Positions 8,297 through 19,097 of a stretch of 64,000 nt of DNA are shown one piece after another (the first letter of the stretch is position 1; every line of letters begins with the position of its first letter). Made by a program: the position numbers and the translations under genes. The notes beneath the pieces were generated by a model. That model worked only from the letters and a program-made list of their open reading frames with translations, ran no database searches and had not been told where the DNA came from. Source of the stretch: Veleropilina oligotropha (Eukaryota); contig JBEUKZ010000062.1 of assembly GCA_048128005.1 (NCBI GenBank), positions 124,001-188,000 on the forward strand. The letters are read 5' to 3'.

Positions 8297-9287
8297 TAAG
8301 CTTGCGAGGATGTACTACAGCCCTAAGGGCTACTGGAAAGGCATTGCCGCGATAAAGAAACTAGCTGACGCTGCCAAGGCATCTGAAGTGGAGGCCCGGA
8401 CATGGCTTAAGAGGCAGGCTATATGGCAGATCTATTTACCTGCGCCACGGCGGATTCCAAGACCAAAATTCGACGTCGTAACGCCAAACGAGGTTCACCA
8501 AGCCGACCTCCTGTTTCTCCCCCATGACAAGGTCAGACACAAGACCTATAAGTACGCTTTGACTGTGGTTGATGTGGCCAGTCGCTTTAAAGAAGCTGAG
8601 CCTCTGGCCACAAAAGAGGCCAAAGGGGTTGCTGAAGCTCTGTCTCGAATCTACAGGCGGAGTCCTCTTAGCTGGCCGAAACTGCTTCAAGTCGATCCAG
8701 GGCGAGAGTTTATGGGCGCGGTTTCCCAGCTGCTGGCAAAGAATAACGTCGAGGTTAGGCGTGGCCGTGTGGATATCCATCGCGATCAGGGCATTGTGGA
8801 GCGCTTCAACCGGACGCTCGCTGAGCGGCTCTTCGGGCACCAGTATGCAACAGAGATGCGGTTTGCAGAGTCTGCGAAAGAGGGTCAAAGGTCAACTGAG
8901 TGGGTCGCCCGGTTAGCAGCTGTAGTTGCGGCCTTGAATGGGGAAGTGACCAGGCTGACCGGTAAAAAGCCCAAGGACGCCATCAAGGCACCTCGCGTTG
9001 CCCAAAAGCCAGGCGCCACTGTTCCAGGCCGACAGGGGAAGGAACAGAAACTCCCCTCTGACGTAGATGTTCGCTACCTTTACTACGATGGTGAGCTGGA
9101 GGGGGGTCATCGCCGTGCTACTGACCCGGTGTGGTCTCTAAAAGTTTACAGGCTTGGACGCTCCGTCACTAAGCCTGACGAGCCTGTGCTCTACTACTTG
9201 CTGGATGGACCACCGCGTGGCTTCGTTCGTGAGGAACTTCTCGTGGTGCCTCGTGATACCCAGCTGCCGCCGGTTCTCAGGCGTTAA
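8289..9287 (+). CDS. Retroviral-like (rve) DDE integrase, Polinton type
   Basis: HQADL (D), LQVDPGREF (D) and GIVERFNRTL (E); YYSP N-terminal motif; no C-terminal chromodomain evident. Confidence 0.93.
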   Translation: MDSKLARMYYSPKGYWKGIAAIKKLADAAKASEVEARTWLKRQAIWQIYLPAPRRIPRPKFDVVTPNEVHQADLLFLPHDKVRHKTYKYALTVVDVASRFKEAEPLATKEAKGVAEALSRIYRRSPLSWPKLLQVDPGREFMGAVSQLLAKNNVEVRRGRVDIHRDQGIVERFNRTLAERLFGHQYATEMRFAESAKEGQRSTEWVARLAAVVAALNGEVTRLTGKKPKDAIKAPRVAQKPGATVPGRQGKEQKLPSDVDVRYLYYDGELEGGHRRATDPVWSLKVYRLGRSVTKPDEPVLYYLLDGPPRGFVREELLVVPRDTQLPPVLRR

Positions 9288-12200
9288 CAACCGCAAATCC
9301 TCGTTTCCGGTTACATTCCAGACACGTTAAGCGCACGTTGTCGCGGGTGTGGCCCCTGCTGTTGTCCACACGGTCGACACTGAACTGCTGTGTGTCCTTC
9401 GGGGAATATGCCCAGAGCAGCTCTATGTTGCATGCTGCGCAGCGGTTGTTTTGGGCCTCTCTGAGCCGCAGGATGTCGTCGACCTTGAGGTTAAACCCCG
9501 GGAGTCCCGTTGCCTGGTCCTGGCGTTTGTACGCCACAAGCTTTTTCTGGATGGTCTTTCGGAGCTGTTGCTCGGTTTGGGGCCGGGGCTTGTCCTCAGA
9601 ACCCTCATCCGGTGGACAGGTTACCCGTTCGAGCTGACGCAGCAGCTCCACCCGGGACACGGCTAGGTAGGCGAGATTACTCCACTGAAGGTAGTCGTCG
9701 ATGATCCAGACTTTCTGTGGGTCGTGAATCGTAAGACCCTGGCTCGAATGGATGGTCAGGGCATAGCCCAGGCGCCAATCCGGGGTCAGGATAGCCCGCT
9801 CAGCGGCCTCAATGGTGATCTCGACGACGTCGTTCAGAACTAGCTCCTCTCTGTCGCTGGTGCCCGGAATGGTTACCATGATGTTCTGTTTTCTGCTGTC
9901 CCTGGGGTGGTACAGGATAGGCACCATGGAGTCTGGGAAGTGCTCCTTGTGCCTCTGGAGCAACAGCTCTTGAGCCCGTTCGCGGACCTTCTGACGGCTT
10001 GTGAGGATTAGGTCGCCTGGCTTCCAGGTGTTGACGAACCGGTCCCATCCGAGGCAGCTGGGGAGGGTCCGTCGCATCTCGTCGCACTGGACTTTGTCGG
10101 GCTGGAGACGGATACGTCTTTTCAGGGCTTGGAGGGCAGGGTCGTCTTTCGCCCTGTAGTCTACTTCGATCTCTTCATAGTAGTCCGCGGTCTTTCGCAG
10201 CCAATCGTGCGGCATCTCGCCCGTAATCGGTGGTGGCTGGCCTTGATCACCACAGCAGATAACCTGCACTTCGTGGCGGCCCAGCCAGTCCAAGAACATC
10301 TCTAGAATAGCCCGGGGAACAGTACAGACCTCGTCCCAGATAATGACGCGCGGGATGAACTTCTGACCCATGCGGTCAGGCGTCCAGTCATTCTGGCCGC
10401 TCCATCGGAAGAAGCTGTGGTAGGTCTGGGCTTTGACGCCTCTGGTCCGCATCTCTTTAGCGAGGCGGTGGGTTGGTGTGAACATGACGGGATTCCTTGC
10501 CCGAAAGAGCTCGATCGCTCTCGTAGTCTTGCCACAGCCCCCTCCACCGTTGAGGTAACTCAGGCGATGGTGGGTCAGTGTGTCATTGTAGCATGGCGCG
10601 GTGCTCGGCTGGCTGGAATTGGCGGCACAACAATACTCTGGCTTGGGTAGGTATGCGGCATGTTCCTGTGGCATATACAGCTGTTCGCCCTTGTCACGCC
10701 ACTGGGCTGGTGCTACTGGCGGAAGGTACGGCTCCGCGATCAGACATGAGATGCACGATTTCTCGCCACAGCCGCAGAGTCTGGGGGCAACGTACACCGT
10801 GACATCGTCGAGCTTCTCCAACGAGGCCTTCTTGAGGTAGATGCTGTCAGTGGCTACTCGGACGGCTTCTGCTGCACTGAAACGCTGAAGCATGCTCAAG
10901 AGGTTTATGTGGGCATAGGCCAACATGGACGCCCTCAGGTGGGCGTACTGAGGCTGGGAGCCATCATAGTACGTGAGGATGTGCCCCATAGGGCATCTCT
11001 GAGGAGCGCCAACCAGGGTGCCGCTTTGGCGGGTGTCTCTTACGAGGAAGTCGAGCTCACCCTGGTCGGTCACCAGTCTACGAGTCAATCGCTTTCCGTC
11101 AGCTTTGGCGCCTTGGGTGAATTTGCCGATGATACTGCAGCCCTGGTCACGATCCGGAGGAAGCCAGACATCGGTCTGCTTTTTGAATGCGATGATGGCT
11201 TCTCGGATCTTGAGGCTTTTTAGCAGTCCAGAGTCTATGAGGAAGGCGAGCAGCGGGGTTGGTGCCCATCCATTCTCTGCAAAGTGCTTCCCGAACCATG
11301 CTACAATGACGGGGTGGATGTCTTGTGCGAACTCCCATTCCACGACCTCAGCAAACCCGGTGCCGATATCTTCGGGAAGAGGACCGTTAATTGCGACCCG
11401 GGTCATGCTGTGGGTTGGGTGCCCGAATCTTTCGAAGTACGGCTTAGCCTCGCCCTTCCCCAGAAAGCTTGCAGGGTAGCAGGATTTCATATCGATGCAG
11501 CAGACATCGCCCGTGTCGTAATTCATGGAATTCCACAGGCCGCCGTGGCCATGCTCTACACAGGCCTTCTGGATGTCATCGAGCAGGGCCGCTGGGGTGG
11601 GTTTCCAGCCGTTGGTCTCCTTAGCCATAATGCTAGCTGCATGGTTCACGCCAAAGGCTCGATCGGCTAGGGACTCATTCCCCAGCGCTGTACAGGCTTC
11701 TTGGAGTCTCTCGTGAGCCTCTTTTGTCCGGTAAGTGCGGCCATCTTGCAGCACGAACTGGTCCACGCCGAGCTGTCGGTCTTTACCGCCTAGGAGCCAG
11801 ACAGCCAATGGCTCATTCTGTGTGGCTTGTCGAATAGCTTCCCAGACATCGCCCTCATACAGGTGGACCTCTCTACTTTGCGGGAAGTGTAGGTCCTTCG
11901 ACCAGGCGTGGCCGTTGTGACAGATGAGTTCTATGGACTTCCACATACTGGCCTGGTATTTCCCACTGTTGTAGATGTCGGCACCTGCAATGTCTCTCAA
12001 GGTGATCGCCCGTTTGAGGATCTTCTCGAGGGTAGCTATATCATCCACAGTGGCGCCTGTTACATGGACTCGCTCTTCCCACTCCAGTATTTTCTGCCGC
12101 CTTGTCGGGGTGAGTCCGTGTCCTCTAAGGGCACCTTCGAAGTGCTCAACCACTCGTTGGGCAACGCAGTTGAGGTCGCCGTTCTTCATCGGAACCAGGT

Positions 12201-13131
12201 TGGCGGGGTTTGGTTCTCTGAGAGGATAGACGCCGTAGACGACTGCAGTGACCGGGTAGGCATTCTCGTAGTAGACCTTGTCGACCCCAGTGATAGCACC
12301 CGGCTTAGTGTCCTGAGAGATCTCAAAGACACCCTGGCCCTTCTTCCTCGCAGCTTTCACCGGGTCAAACTTGTCTTCGACCACCCAGTCACCTTCACCC
12401 CACTCACGCAAGAACTTTATTCTAAGGACATACTCGCCCTTTGGAAGGGCTGTGAGGAGCTGTGCCGCCCTTGCATCTGTCATACGGGCATCCAGGGCCA
12501 GCCGTCCAGCCACTTCTACCCTCCATGTGGAGAAAGCCGCCGCGGCGCCATCGACCTCAAACTCGTCTTTGGCGTCGCTCAAGAGTTCCACCCATGGCTC
12601 TTTTGCTGGGAGCCTTACTGGGGGAGGGACCTGGTCATCCAGGTCGATGAATCGTTGTCCCTCGGGTGTGGTAAATTGCCCTAGAAGATCCTTCTGGTAG
12701 TCCTGGGCTGTCCGGGGCGTTTTGGAGATGAGAAGATCGGGCCCCTTCCGAGCAATAGCATGGGCAAGGGTCTCTTTCCGAGACCGCTTGACGATTCGAT
12801 CCGTGATGGCGCGAAGTGGCTTCAGTCGAATCCTGGGATTTTTCTCAGCCTGGGATTCGTATTTACGAGCCTGCAGGGCGGCGTCGACCTCGTCCTTAAT
12901 CTGCCGCAACTCGCGAGCACGTCGGCCTCTTTTGTGGGGGTTCTCCACATCTCCACGTATGGAGGGGAACCTTCCCGTTTTCATCGCCCGCTCGAGTCTG
13001 CTCCGAAACTCCGCAGCACGGACCCTGGCGATTGCCCTGATGAGGTCGTGCTTCTTGAGCTTCGACCGAGCGGGAATCCCATAATCTTTCGCTAGATTGC
13101 GCAGGTCATCCATGTTGCTGGGGGGGTACAC
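9277..13131 (-). CDS. 1284-aa multidomain replicase: HeH / putative terminal protein / vOTU-like / PolB palm / SF1 helicase / HNH-type nuclease
   Basis: PolB motifs IDMKSCYP, CSIIGKF and VATDSIY. SF1 motifs GGGGCGKT, IIWDE, GDQGQ, TIHSSQG and YLAVSR. C-terminal CAAC...SVDRVDNSRGH...NVRLTCLECN. NCV...NGH cysteine-protease-like pair upstream of the palm. Confidence 0.88.
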   Translation of the reverse strand: MYPPSNMDDLRNLAKDYGIPARSKLKKHDLIRAIARVRAAEFRSRLERAMKTGRFPSIRGDVENPHKRGRRARELRQIKDEVDAALQARKYESQAEKNPRIRLKPLRAITDRIVKRSRKETLAHAIARKGPDLLISKTPRTAQDYQKDLLGQFTTPEGQRFIDLDDQVPPPVRLPAKEPWVELLSDAKDEFEVDGAAAAFSTWRVEVAGRLALDARMTDARAAQLLTALPKGEYVLRIKFLREWGEGDWVVEDKFDPVKAARKKGQGVFEISQDTKPGAITGVDKVYYENAYPVTAVVYGVYPLREPNPANLVPMKNGDLNCVAQRVVEHFEGALRGHGLTPTRRQKILEWEERVHVTGATVDDIATLEKILKRAITLRDIAGADIYNSGKYQASMWKSIELICHNGHAWSKDLHFPQSREVHLYEGDVWEAIRQATQNEPLAVWLLGGKDRQLGVDQFVLQDGRTYRTKEAHERLQEACTALGNESLADRAFGVNHAASIMAKETNGWKPTPAALLDDIQKACVEHGHGGLWNSMNYDTGDVCCIDMKSCYPASFLGKGEAKPYFERFGHPTHSMTRVAINGPLPEDIGTGFAEVVEWEFAQDIHPVIVAWFGKHFAENGWAPTPLLAFLIDSGLLKSLKIREAIIAFKKQTDVWLPPDRDQGCSIIGKFTQGAKADGKRLTRRLVTDQGELDFLVRDTRQSGTLVGAPQRCPMGHILTYYDGSQPQYAHLRASMLAYAHINLLSMLQRFSAAEAVRVATDSIYLKKASLEKLDDVTVYVAPRLCGCGEKSCISCLIAEPYLPPVAPAQWRDKGEQLYMPQEHAAYLPKPEYCCAANSSQPSTAPCYNDTLTHHRLSYLNGGGGCGKTTRAIELFRARNPVMFTPTHRLAKEMRTRGVKAQTYHSFFRWSGQNDWTPDRMGQKFIPRVIIWDEVCTVPRAILEMFLDWLGRHEVQVICCGDQGQPPPITGEMPHDWLRKTADYYEEIEVDYRAKDDPALQALKRRIRLQPDKVQCDEMRRTLPSCLGWDRFVNTWKPGDLILTSRQKVRERAQELLLQRHKEHFPDSMVPILYHPRDSRKQNIMVTIPGTSDREELVLNDVVEITIEAAERAILTPDWRLGYALTIHSSQGLTIHDPQKVWIIDDYLQWSNLAYLAVSRVELLRQLERVTCPPDEGSEDKPRPQTEQQLRKTIQKKLVAYKRQDQATGLPGFNLKVDDILRLREAQNNRCAACNIELLWAYSPKDTQQFSVDRVDNSRGHTRDNVRLTCLECNRKRGFAVVNA

Positions 13132-13161
13132 ACTAGGATCTTTACTTCTCTAATATGAAAT

Positions 13162-13455
13162 TTACGCGTGGTAAATTGCAGCCATGCGGAGAAACTCTCT
13201 CTCGAAGGCCCTTTTCTTTCGTTGCCAGTCCATACCGTTCTCACTCTTATACCCACAGCCCTTACACAACGTAAGCCGGTTGAAAACGCCCTTCCCGCAT
13301 TTGCTGCAGGGTTTTGTGCCCCGGCCATTTCGCCGTTGCCGAGCCAGATGGACTTTGCAATACGTGTTCAGACATCTCTTACCACATAGCTCCGTGGAGC
13401 TGATGGTGAGCCATTGACAGGTGTCCGTTCCCCACATATTGATAGCGGTTATCAT
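13162..13455 (-). CDS. Small Cys-rich (zinc-finger-like) viral protein
   Basis: C-x10-C-x3-C-x4-C-x2-H followed by CxxC...CxxC; a related fragment (CGVGT...LCIPCG) sits at the same position in copy 2 (about 36509-36660). Confidence 0.6.
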   Translation of the reverse strand: MITAINMWGTDTCQWLTISSTELCGKRCLNTYCKVHLARQRRNGRGTKPCSKCGKGVFNRLTLCKGCGYKSENGMDWQRKKRAFEREFLRMAAIYHA

Positions 13456-13482
13456 TGTATATACCAGTCTCTAATAGATATT

Positions 13483-13764
13483 ATGACACTAAGATATCGA
13501 GCCCGGTGCACGGTGAGAAATAACCGGCATGTTAGACGTTGTGTAGTTATACTTGAAAGCAACATGCCACAGGAAGACATTATTACGCTGTACAGCGAAC
13601 GGAGCTTCAGGCGCGTTAAAAACCTCTTAAACCGGGGCTATAACGTTTTGATCGTTGTACTCGACAATGGTGAACAAGCGATATATAAGAAGAAGACCAA
13701 AGACGGTAGAAAGGGAGTTGCACGAAATCAAACTCACCCCCCCTGCTACTGCTCGCATAACTGA
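13483..13764 (+). CDS. Hypothetical small viral protein
   Basis: ATG-started ORF of about 93 aa just inside the terminus; no second copy available for confirmation. Confidence 0.35.
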   Translation: MTLRYRARCTVRNNRHVRRCVVILESNMPQEDIITLYSERSFRRVKNLLNRGYNVLIVVLDNGEQAIYKKKTKDGRKGVARNQTHPPCYCSHN

Positions 13765-13859
13765 GGAGCCCGGGCCGGCGAGGGTAGTGGGCCGTCCCTG
13801 GGGGCTCTATGTCGCTGTACACACGGTAACTTTTTTGTAATACCCGATATACCCTGGGG

Positions 13860-14253
13860 TCTGAAATATAGCTGGGAGCCTTCCCGGTCGCCCCGGGGCC
13901 CTAGTCTAAACTCCCCTGCTGACTAGTCCGAGCTACCCTGAGTTCTGAAAAAGTGCTGGGCGCTGTATTTTCCCATTCTAAAAAGTCCAATCACCCTCCC
14001 TGCTGCTGAGTTGAGATCCATATTAATTCTGAAAAGGTGGTGGGAGCCTTAATTTCTCTCGCCGCGCCCCCACATAAAAGGTATGGTCACCCCCCCTCGG
14101 AACAGGTGCTGGGAGCCTTATTTTCCCATTATAAAAGGTATGATCACCCCCTGCTGCTGAGTTGAGATCCATATTAATTCTGAAAAGTGCTGGGAGCCTT
14201 AATTTCCCTCGCCGCACCCCCAGATAAAAGGTATGGTCACCCCCCCTGCTGCT
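13860..14253. repeat. Right terminal inverted repeat of copy 1 with internally reiterated termini
   Basis: Reverse complement of about 13860-14007 matches the copy 2 left end (20867 to about 21025). Terminal CTGCTGCT occurs at 14000-14007, 14151-14158 and 14246-14253. Confidence 0.85.
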
Positions 14254-15100
14254 AATATAGTCATCTACAAGTCCTAAAAATGTCATGCAGTTCCATGCTG
14301 TATTTAATGAGATATGGCGAGTTAAGTATTTGTCATCATCAGCGATGTGCAATGAAATTGACAAATTCGAAAGGTGTTTAACCTCAATACAAATATGTTA
14401 AATCAGCTTTTCTTTTCATGGTTCTTCCTTTAGCCGAATGGTTAACACTGGCAACAGCTTATGAATCGCAACCAGACGATCAATGTTCGAATCCTGTCAA
14501 AGGAGTGTTAACAAACATTTCTTTCATTTTTCCAGCTATTTTGTTTGATAAACCATTGTGATGTATTTCATAATAATAATTGACGATAATTTGATCTTAT
14601 ATATTTAAAAATGAAAAATATTTGTAATATGGAAATTTTAATGCAGACATATCTCATGTGCACATAAGGGAATTTTGCGCTAATTATGTACAAAATGGCG
14701 ATAACTTTGGGGAGGCGGATAAACTGGATGACTACGGTGACTTTGACAACCTTGGATGACCTAGATAGCCGAAAATGGCTTAATTGCTAAAAAATTTGAT
14801 AATAATGCAGTAGTAACATATGTGAGGCTCGGAAGCTTTATATCAAGTGAGCTTTCCATTGACCTTTAACCTTGGATGACCTAGAGCCGAAAATGGCTTA
14901 GTTAAAGAAAATCGTCAAAAATAGCCTATTGACATTTAGGACATAATAAGTGGGCTTTCTAAGGTGACCTTGACTTTTGACCTTAGATGACCTAGATTGC
15001 CGAAAATGACGTAATTGCTATAAAACGGGTAATAATGATGTAGGAACATATGTGTAAAAATAGGCAAAAATAGGCAAAAATAGCCCATGGGCATTTGTTA
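14254..15100. repeat. Host interspersed repeat family (tRNA-like segment plus TGACCTTGACCTTTGACC-type subrepeats)
   Basis: 14254-14710 recurs at about 17110-17540 and 17555-17885, and more divergently near 37600, 41280 and 49910-50330. GATGACCTAGATAGCCGAAAATG units are repeated. Confidence 0.75.
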
Positions 15101-15889
15101 CGCTACGGGCTGTTTAGTGCTGTCAGTTCGGACTTCAATAACTGGCGGAATGCCCGTCACCGCGTAACAGTATTAAAGGGGTAAATTGGTCCTGTAATCT
15201 GCAGTGGATTTCTATGATGTCCAGCGAACAATGGTGGAAGGCTAATGGTCTTCATTGTTCGTGTCGTCTAGTATTACATGGAGTATCTGCTACTGTCTTT
15301 TGATCGACTCAGCCGACTCTGGTCATTCCAACATTTATAAAGGACCGTTGTGTTATCCATGCTGGAATGCGATGGTATAAGATAACATCCCCATGACAAG
15401 ATGCTATCCATTGGAGTCGTTGAATTTACATCTCGCTACTGGATAACAAAGTCAGAAGTAGATTCTTAACGATTCATTTTATATGGTCTACAACATGCTA
15501 CAAATTACATCGGATACATACATGTTCCTGAAGCCAAGCGTAGCGTAGATATACATTCCAACTACACATTTATATTTACAAATTAAACTCACAGTTTTAA
15601 CGTGTTCACTAGACACGGGCTAGGTCGAAACTGAACTCCTCTAGCACGCTCTGTACCCTAATTGCATTTCAATTATATAAACATATCAAGCATGTCCACC
15701 CATGCCATCCTTATGTGACGTCAATTATCGTTATCTTCTGCTAATTGTTATTGATAAGATAAACATGATTACATTAGATCACCAGGTCACAGTCAATCAC
15801 TCTATGGCATGGGCTCTTAGTGCAATTAGTCATCAAGTACGTTTTCCACATTTATGACAATACTAATTTACCATTCTTAAATTTAACTC

Positions 15890-18140
15890 GTTAAGTAATT
15901 AGACATCATATTGTAACACATTTTGGACATATCAAGTGGGCTTTCTACGGTGACCTAGACCATTGACCTTGGATGACCTAGATACCCCAAAATGACATAA
16001 TTAACGAATATCAGAGAAATATCCTACGGAAATTAAAGATATTTTGAGTGGGCTTTTCATGGCGACCTTAACCTTTGACCTTAGATGACCCAGATAGCCG
16101 AAAATGGCCATGTATGTTTTATAATGAGACCTTGACCTTTGACCTCGGATGACCTAGATAACCAAAAATGACAAAAAATCAAAATTTGTAAATGGACATT
16201 TAGGACATATTAAGTGGGCTTTCCGAGGTGACCTTGATATTTGACCTTTAATGACCTAGATAGCCGAAAATGACCTAATAATCATAAATGTGCCAAAATG
16301 ATGTATACAATTTTGCAAATTTTAGGGACATTAAAACGTGTCCATGACCTGTTACTTATGAATTTGGTGATGACTGAAGCCATATAACAGCTCGCAGTTC
16401 TAGTTATTATTATTATTATTATTATTTTACCAGCTGCTAAAAACTGCATTAACTCAAAAATGCCAATATGTCAAATTTTCAGGTCTAGTAGAGGACCGAG
16501 CAAGTAATTTGTTGATGTGTAAATGGATCTGATTGGTCAAATATTTTGGTGGCCATTTTGATTATTGTGAAAATCTATTCAAATCTATACTCAAAAACTG
16601 CTAATCAGATATTGGTGGAATTTTGGAAATCCAATCTGTATAATAAGGTTATGACATGGTGTTTGGCTTTGTGGCGGTACATCGCCCAAAATGGCCGCCG
16701 GAGGGGTTTAAAGTTAGGAAGTTAGGGTGTTAATTTTTAATTTCGTTTAATCGAAATAAATTGTGTAATTACGTTATGAAAAATGTAGATCTGTTAAAAT
16801 TATAAAGATATCACCCAAAAAAAATTAGAAAAAGTGTGAAATGTGAAAATTAGAAGCATTTTAATAATCATTCAAAATATTTTATACCAAAGGGCCGTCA
16901 TTCGGTAACCACTGACACCAGGCATCTCCAATTTTAACAGGTGACAGAGTGAGACATTATCAACAACTTTCTCATGTGATTTTTGGTGTCGGAGAAAATT
17001 TATAGTGATAAGTTTTGCTCCAAGTTTAAAACAACCGATAGGCTTCGATATTTCTAATAAATATTTTTTAGCACAATATAGAGTCACATGATTAACATTG
17101 ATAAGCAAGAATATATTCATCTACATGTCCTGCAAATTTCATGCAGTTCCATGCTGTATTTAATGAGATATGACGAGTTAAGTATTTGTCAACATCGGCT
17201 ATGTGCAATGAAATTGACAAATTTGCCTTAATACAAATATGTTAAATCAGCGTGTCTTTTCATGGTTCTTCGTTTAGCTTAGTGGGTAACACCGTAGGCA
17301 GGTTATAAATCACAACCAGACGATAAAGGTTCGAATCCTGTCAAAGGAGGTTAAACAAATATTTCTTTCATTTTTCCAGCTATTTTGTTTGATAAACCAT
17401 TGTGATGTATTTCATAATAATAATTGACGATAATTAGATCTTATATATTTAAAAATGAAAAATATTTGTAATATGGAAATTTTAATGCAGACATATATCA
17501 TGTGCACATAAGGGAATTTTAAGCTAATACTGTGCAAAATGGTGTTTCCCCTCCATACAAATATGTTAAATCAGCTTGTCTTTTCATGGTTCTTCCTTTA
17601 GCCGAGTTGTTAACACTGCCAATAGCTTATAAATCACCACCAGACGATCAAGGGTGGAATCCTGTCATAGGAGTGTTAACAAATATTTTTTTATTTCTTT
17701 CATTTTTCAAGATATTTTATTTGATAAACCATTGTGATGTATTTTATAATAATAATTGTCCATAAATTTGATTTATATATTTAAAAATGAAAAATATTTG
17801 TAATATGGAAATTTTAATGCAGATATGTCTCATATGCACATAACGGAATCTTAAGCTAATACTGTACAAAATGGCGATAACTTTGGTAGGGAGTGGGGGG
17901 GGGGGGGGGGGATAAACTAGATGAATATTGATTTCGATCAGTTGGGCACATAAATGACATAGATTACGAGAACTGGTAAAAAAAATAGCCAATGGACATT
18001 TAGGACAACTCAAGTGTGCATCCACGGTGACCTTGACCTTTGAACTTGGATGACCTTGATAGCCGAAAAGGGCTTAATTACTAAAAAATTGGTAATAATG
18101 ATATAGTACCATACCATATGTGATGCCCTGAAAGTTTCAT
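15890..18140. repeat. Further copy of the host interspersed repeat (TGACCT subrepeats, (TTA)n tract, internal duplication)
   Basis: Homologous blocks at 36664-37710 and 48860-50740. Confidence 0.72.
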
Positions 18141-19097
18141 AATATAGTCGGGTTTCAAGTGTATTTCCACTGGAATTTCGTGTTAAAAGCAATGTTATGG
18201 CATATTCACCATAGCCGGATGTATCGACAATGGAACAAAATTGTTCTGGATTTTTTTAGAGAAAGAAAATGGCCGCTATTTGAAGCTCAAAATGGCCGCT
18301 GTTTTTTTCCTATTTTGTCCTTTATTTAAGGGGCAGTATGCAGGAGCTATCGACAAACCAAATGAAATATTCTGGATATTTTAGAACAAGAAAATGACCG
18401 CCATTTTGAAATTCAAGATGGCCTCTGCTTTTTCCTCTATTTTTTTGTTCATGGGCCACTAATTTTGTTTAAAAAAACAATATTTTGCTTATTTGGCGTG
18501 CTAAAAATATCGACAAACCAAAACAATTGTTTTGCATTTATTTAGGAAGAAAAAATGACAGCCATTTTTACATTACAAATGGTCGTTGTTTTCAGCTATT
18601 CTTTATAATGTTTTATTAAGTGGGTCGATAATAAAAAATTTATGTAGTCGCGTTGCATGTATATGATAAATAGCTCCCACTTGAAGTAGTGTTAATGGCA
18701 ATTTCTTTGCATATTCATGAAATTCTGATCATAGTGGATAGATTTGAGATTTTCCTGTATTGTTATGGGGCGTTACGTATCGACTCTTTTGAATTTCTAA
18801 ATGGCAGCCGAATTAGATAAGTTTTGTTGAAGAAAAATGATTCCAACTTCATTTAAATTGAATTTTCCAGCATATGAATCTAGGTTTCCAATAAACATCC
18901 AACTAAATAGTCTGCAATGATATATTATATTTTCACACGAAGTTGATAGCACATTTAAAAAAATAGGTAATGTCAACAACGCCGCATAGTAGCCGCATTC
19001 TACGCCAGAGGATGGTATTATGTTTTTAGTTGCTTCTGTTAAATTCGTCTTCGATACTATCATTATCCGATATGTAGCAAATGGCTGTGATTCAACG

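Larger units (their letters stand above)
1..14253. mobile_element. Endogenous Polinton/Maverick-like (adintovirus/MELD-type) dsDNA virus, copy 1; left part lies outside the window; visible core ORFs uninterrupted
   Basis: GC-rich gene-dense block with MCP, penton, packaging ATPase, rve integrase and PolB-helicase. It ends in CTGCTGCT at 14253, followed at once by AT-rich host repeat. Gene order is colinear with copies 2 and 3. Confidence 0.92.

Noticed and set aside
9277..10600. Helitron Rep-helicase as the source of the SF1 domain
   Set aside because: No HUH/Y2 Rep motifs; the helicase is in frame with PolB motifs inside a TIR-bounded capsid-encoding element.
1..14253. Bacterial prophage or tectivirus
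   Set aside because: rve integrase, Polinton-type termini and flanking SINEs, Academ and microsatellites indicate a eukaryotic host.
14425..14505. tRNA gene (also about 17270-17350, 17590-17675, 37130-37200, 46185-46215)
   Set aside because: Only A/B-box-like motifs within multi-copy repeats; no complete cloverleaf or anticodon arm can be supported.
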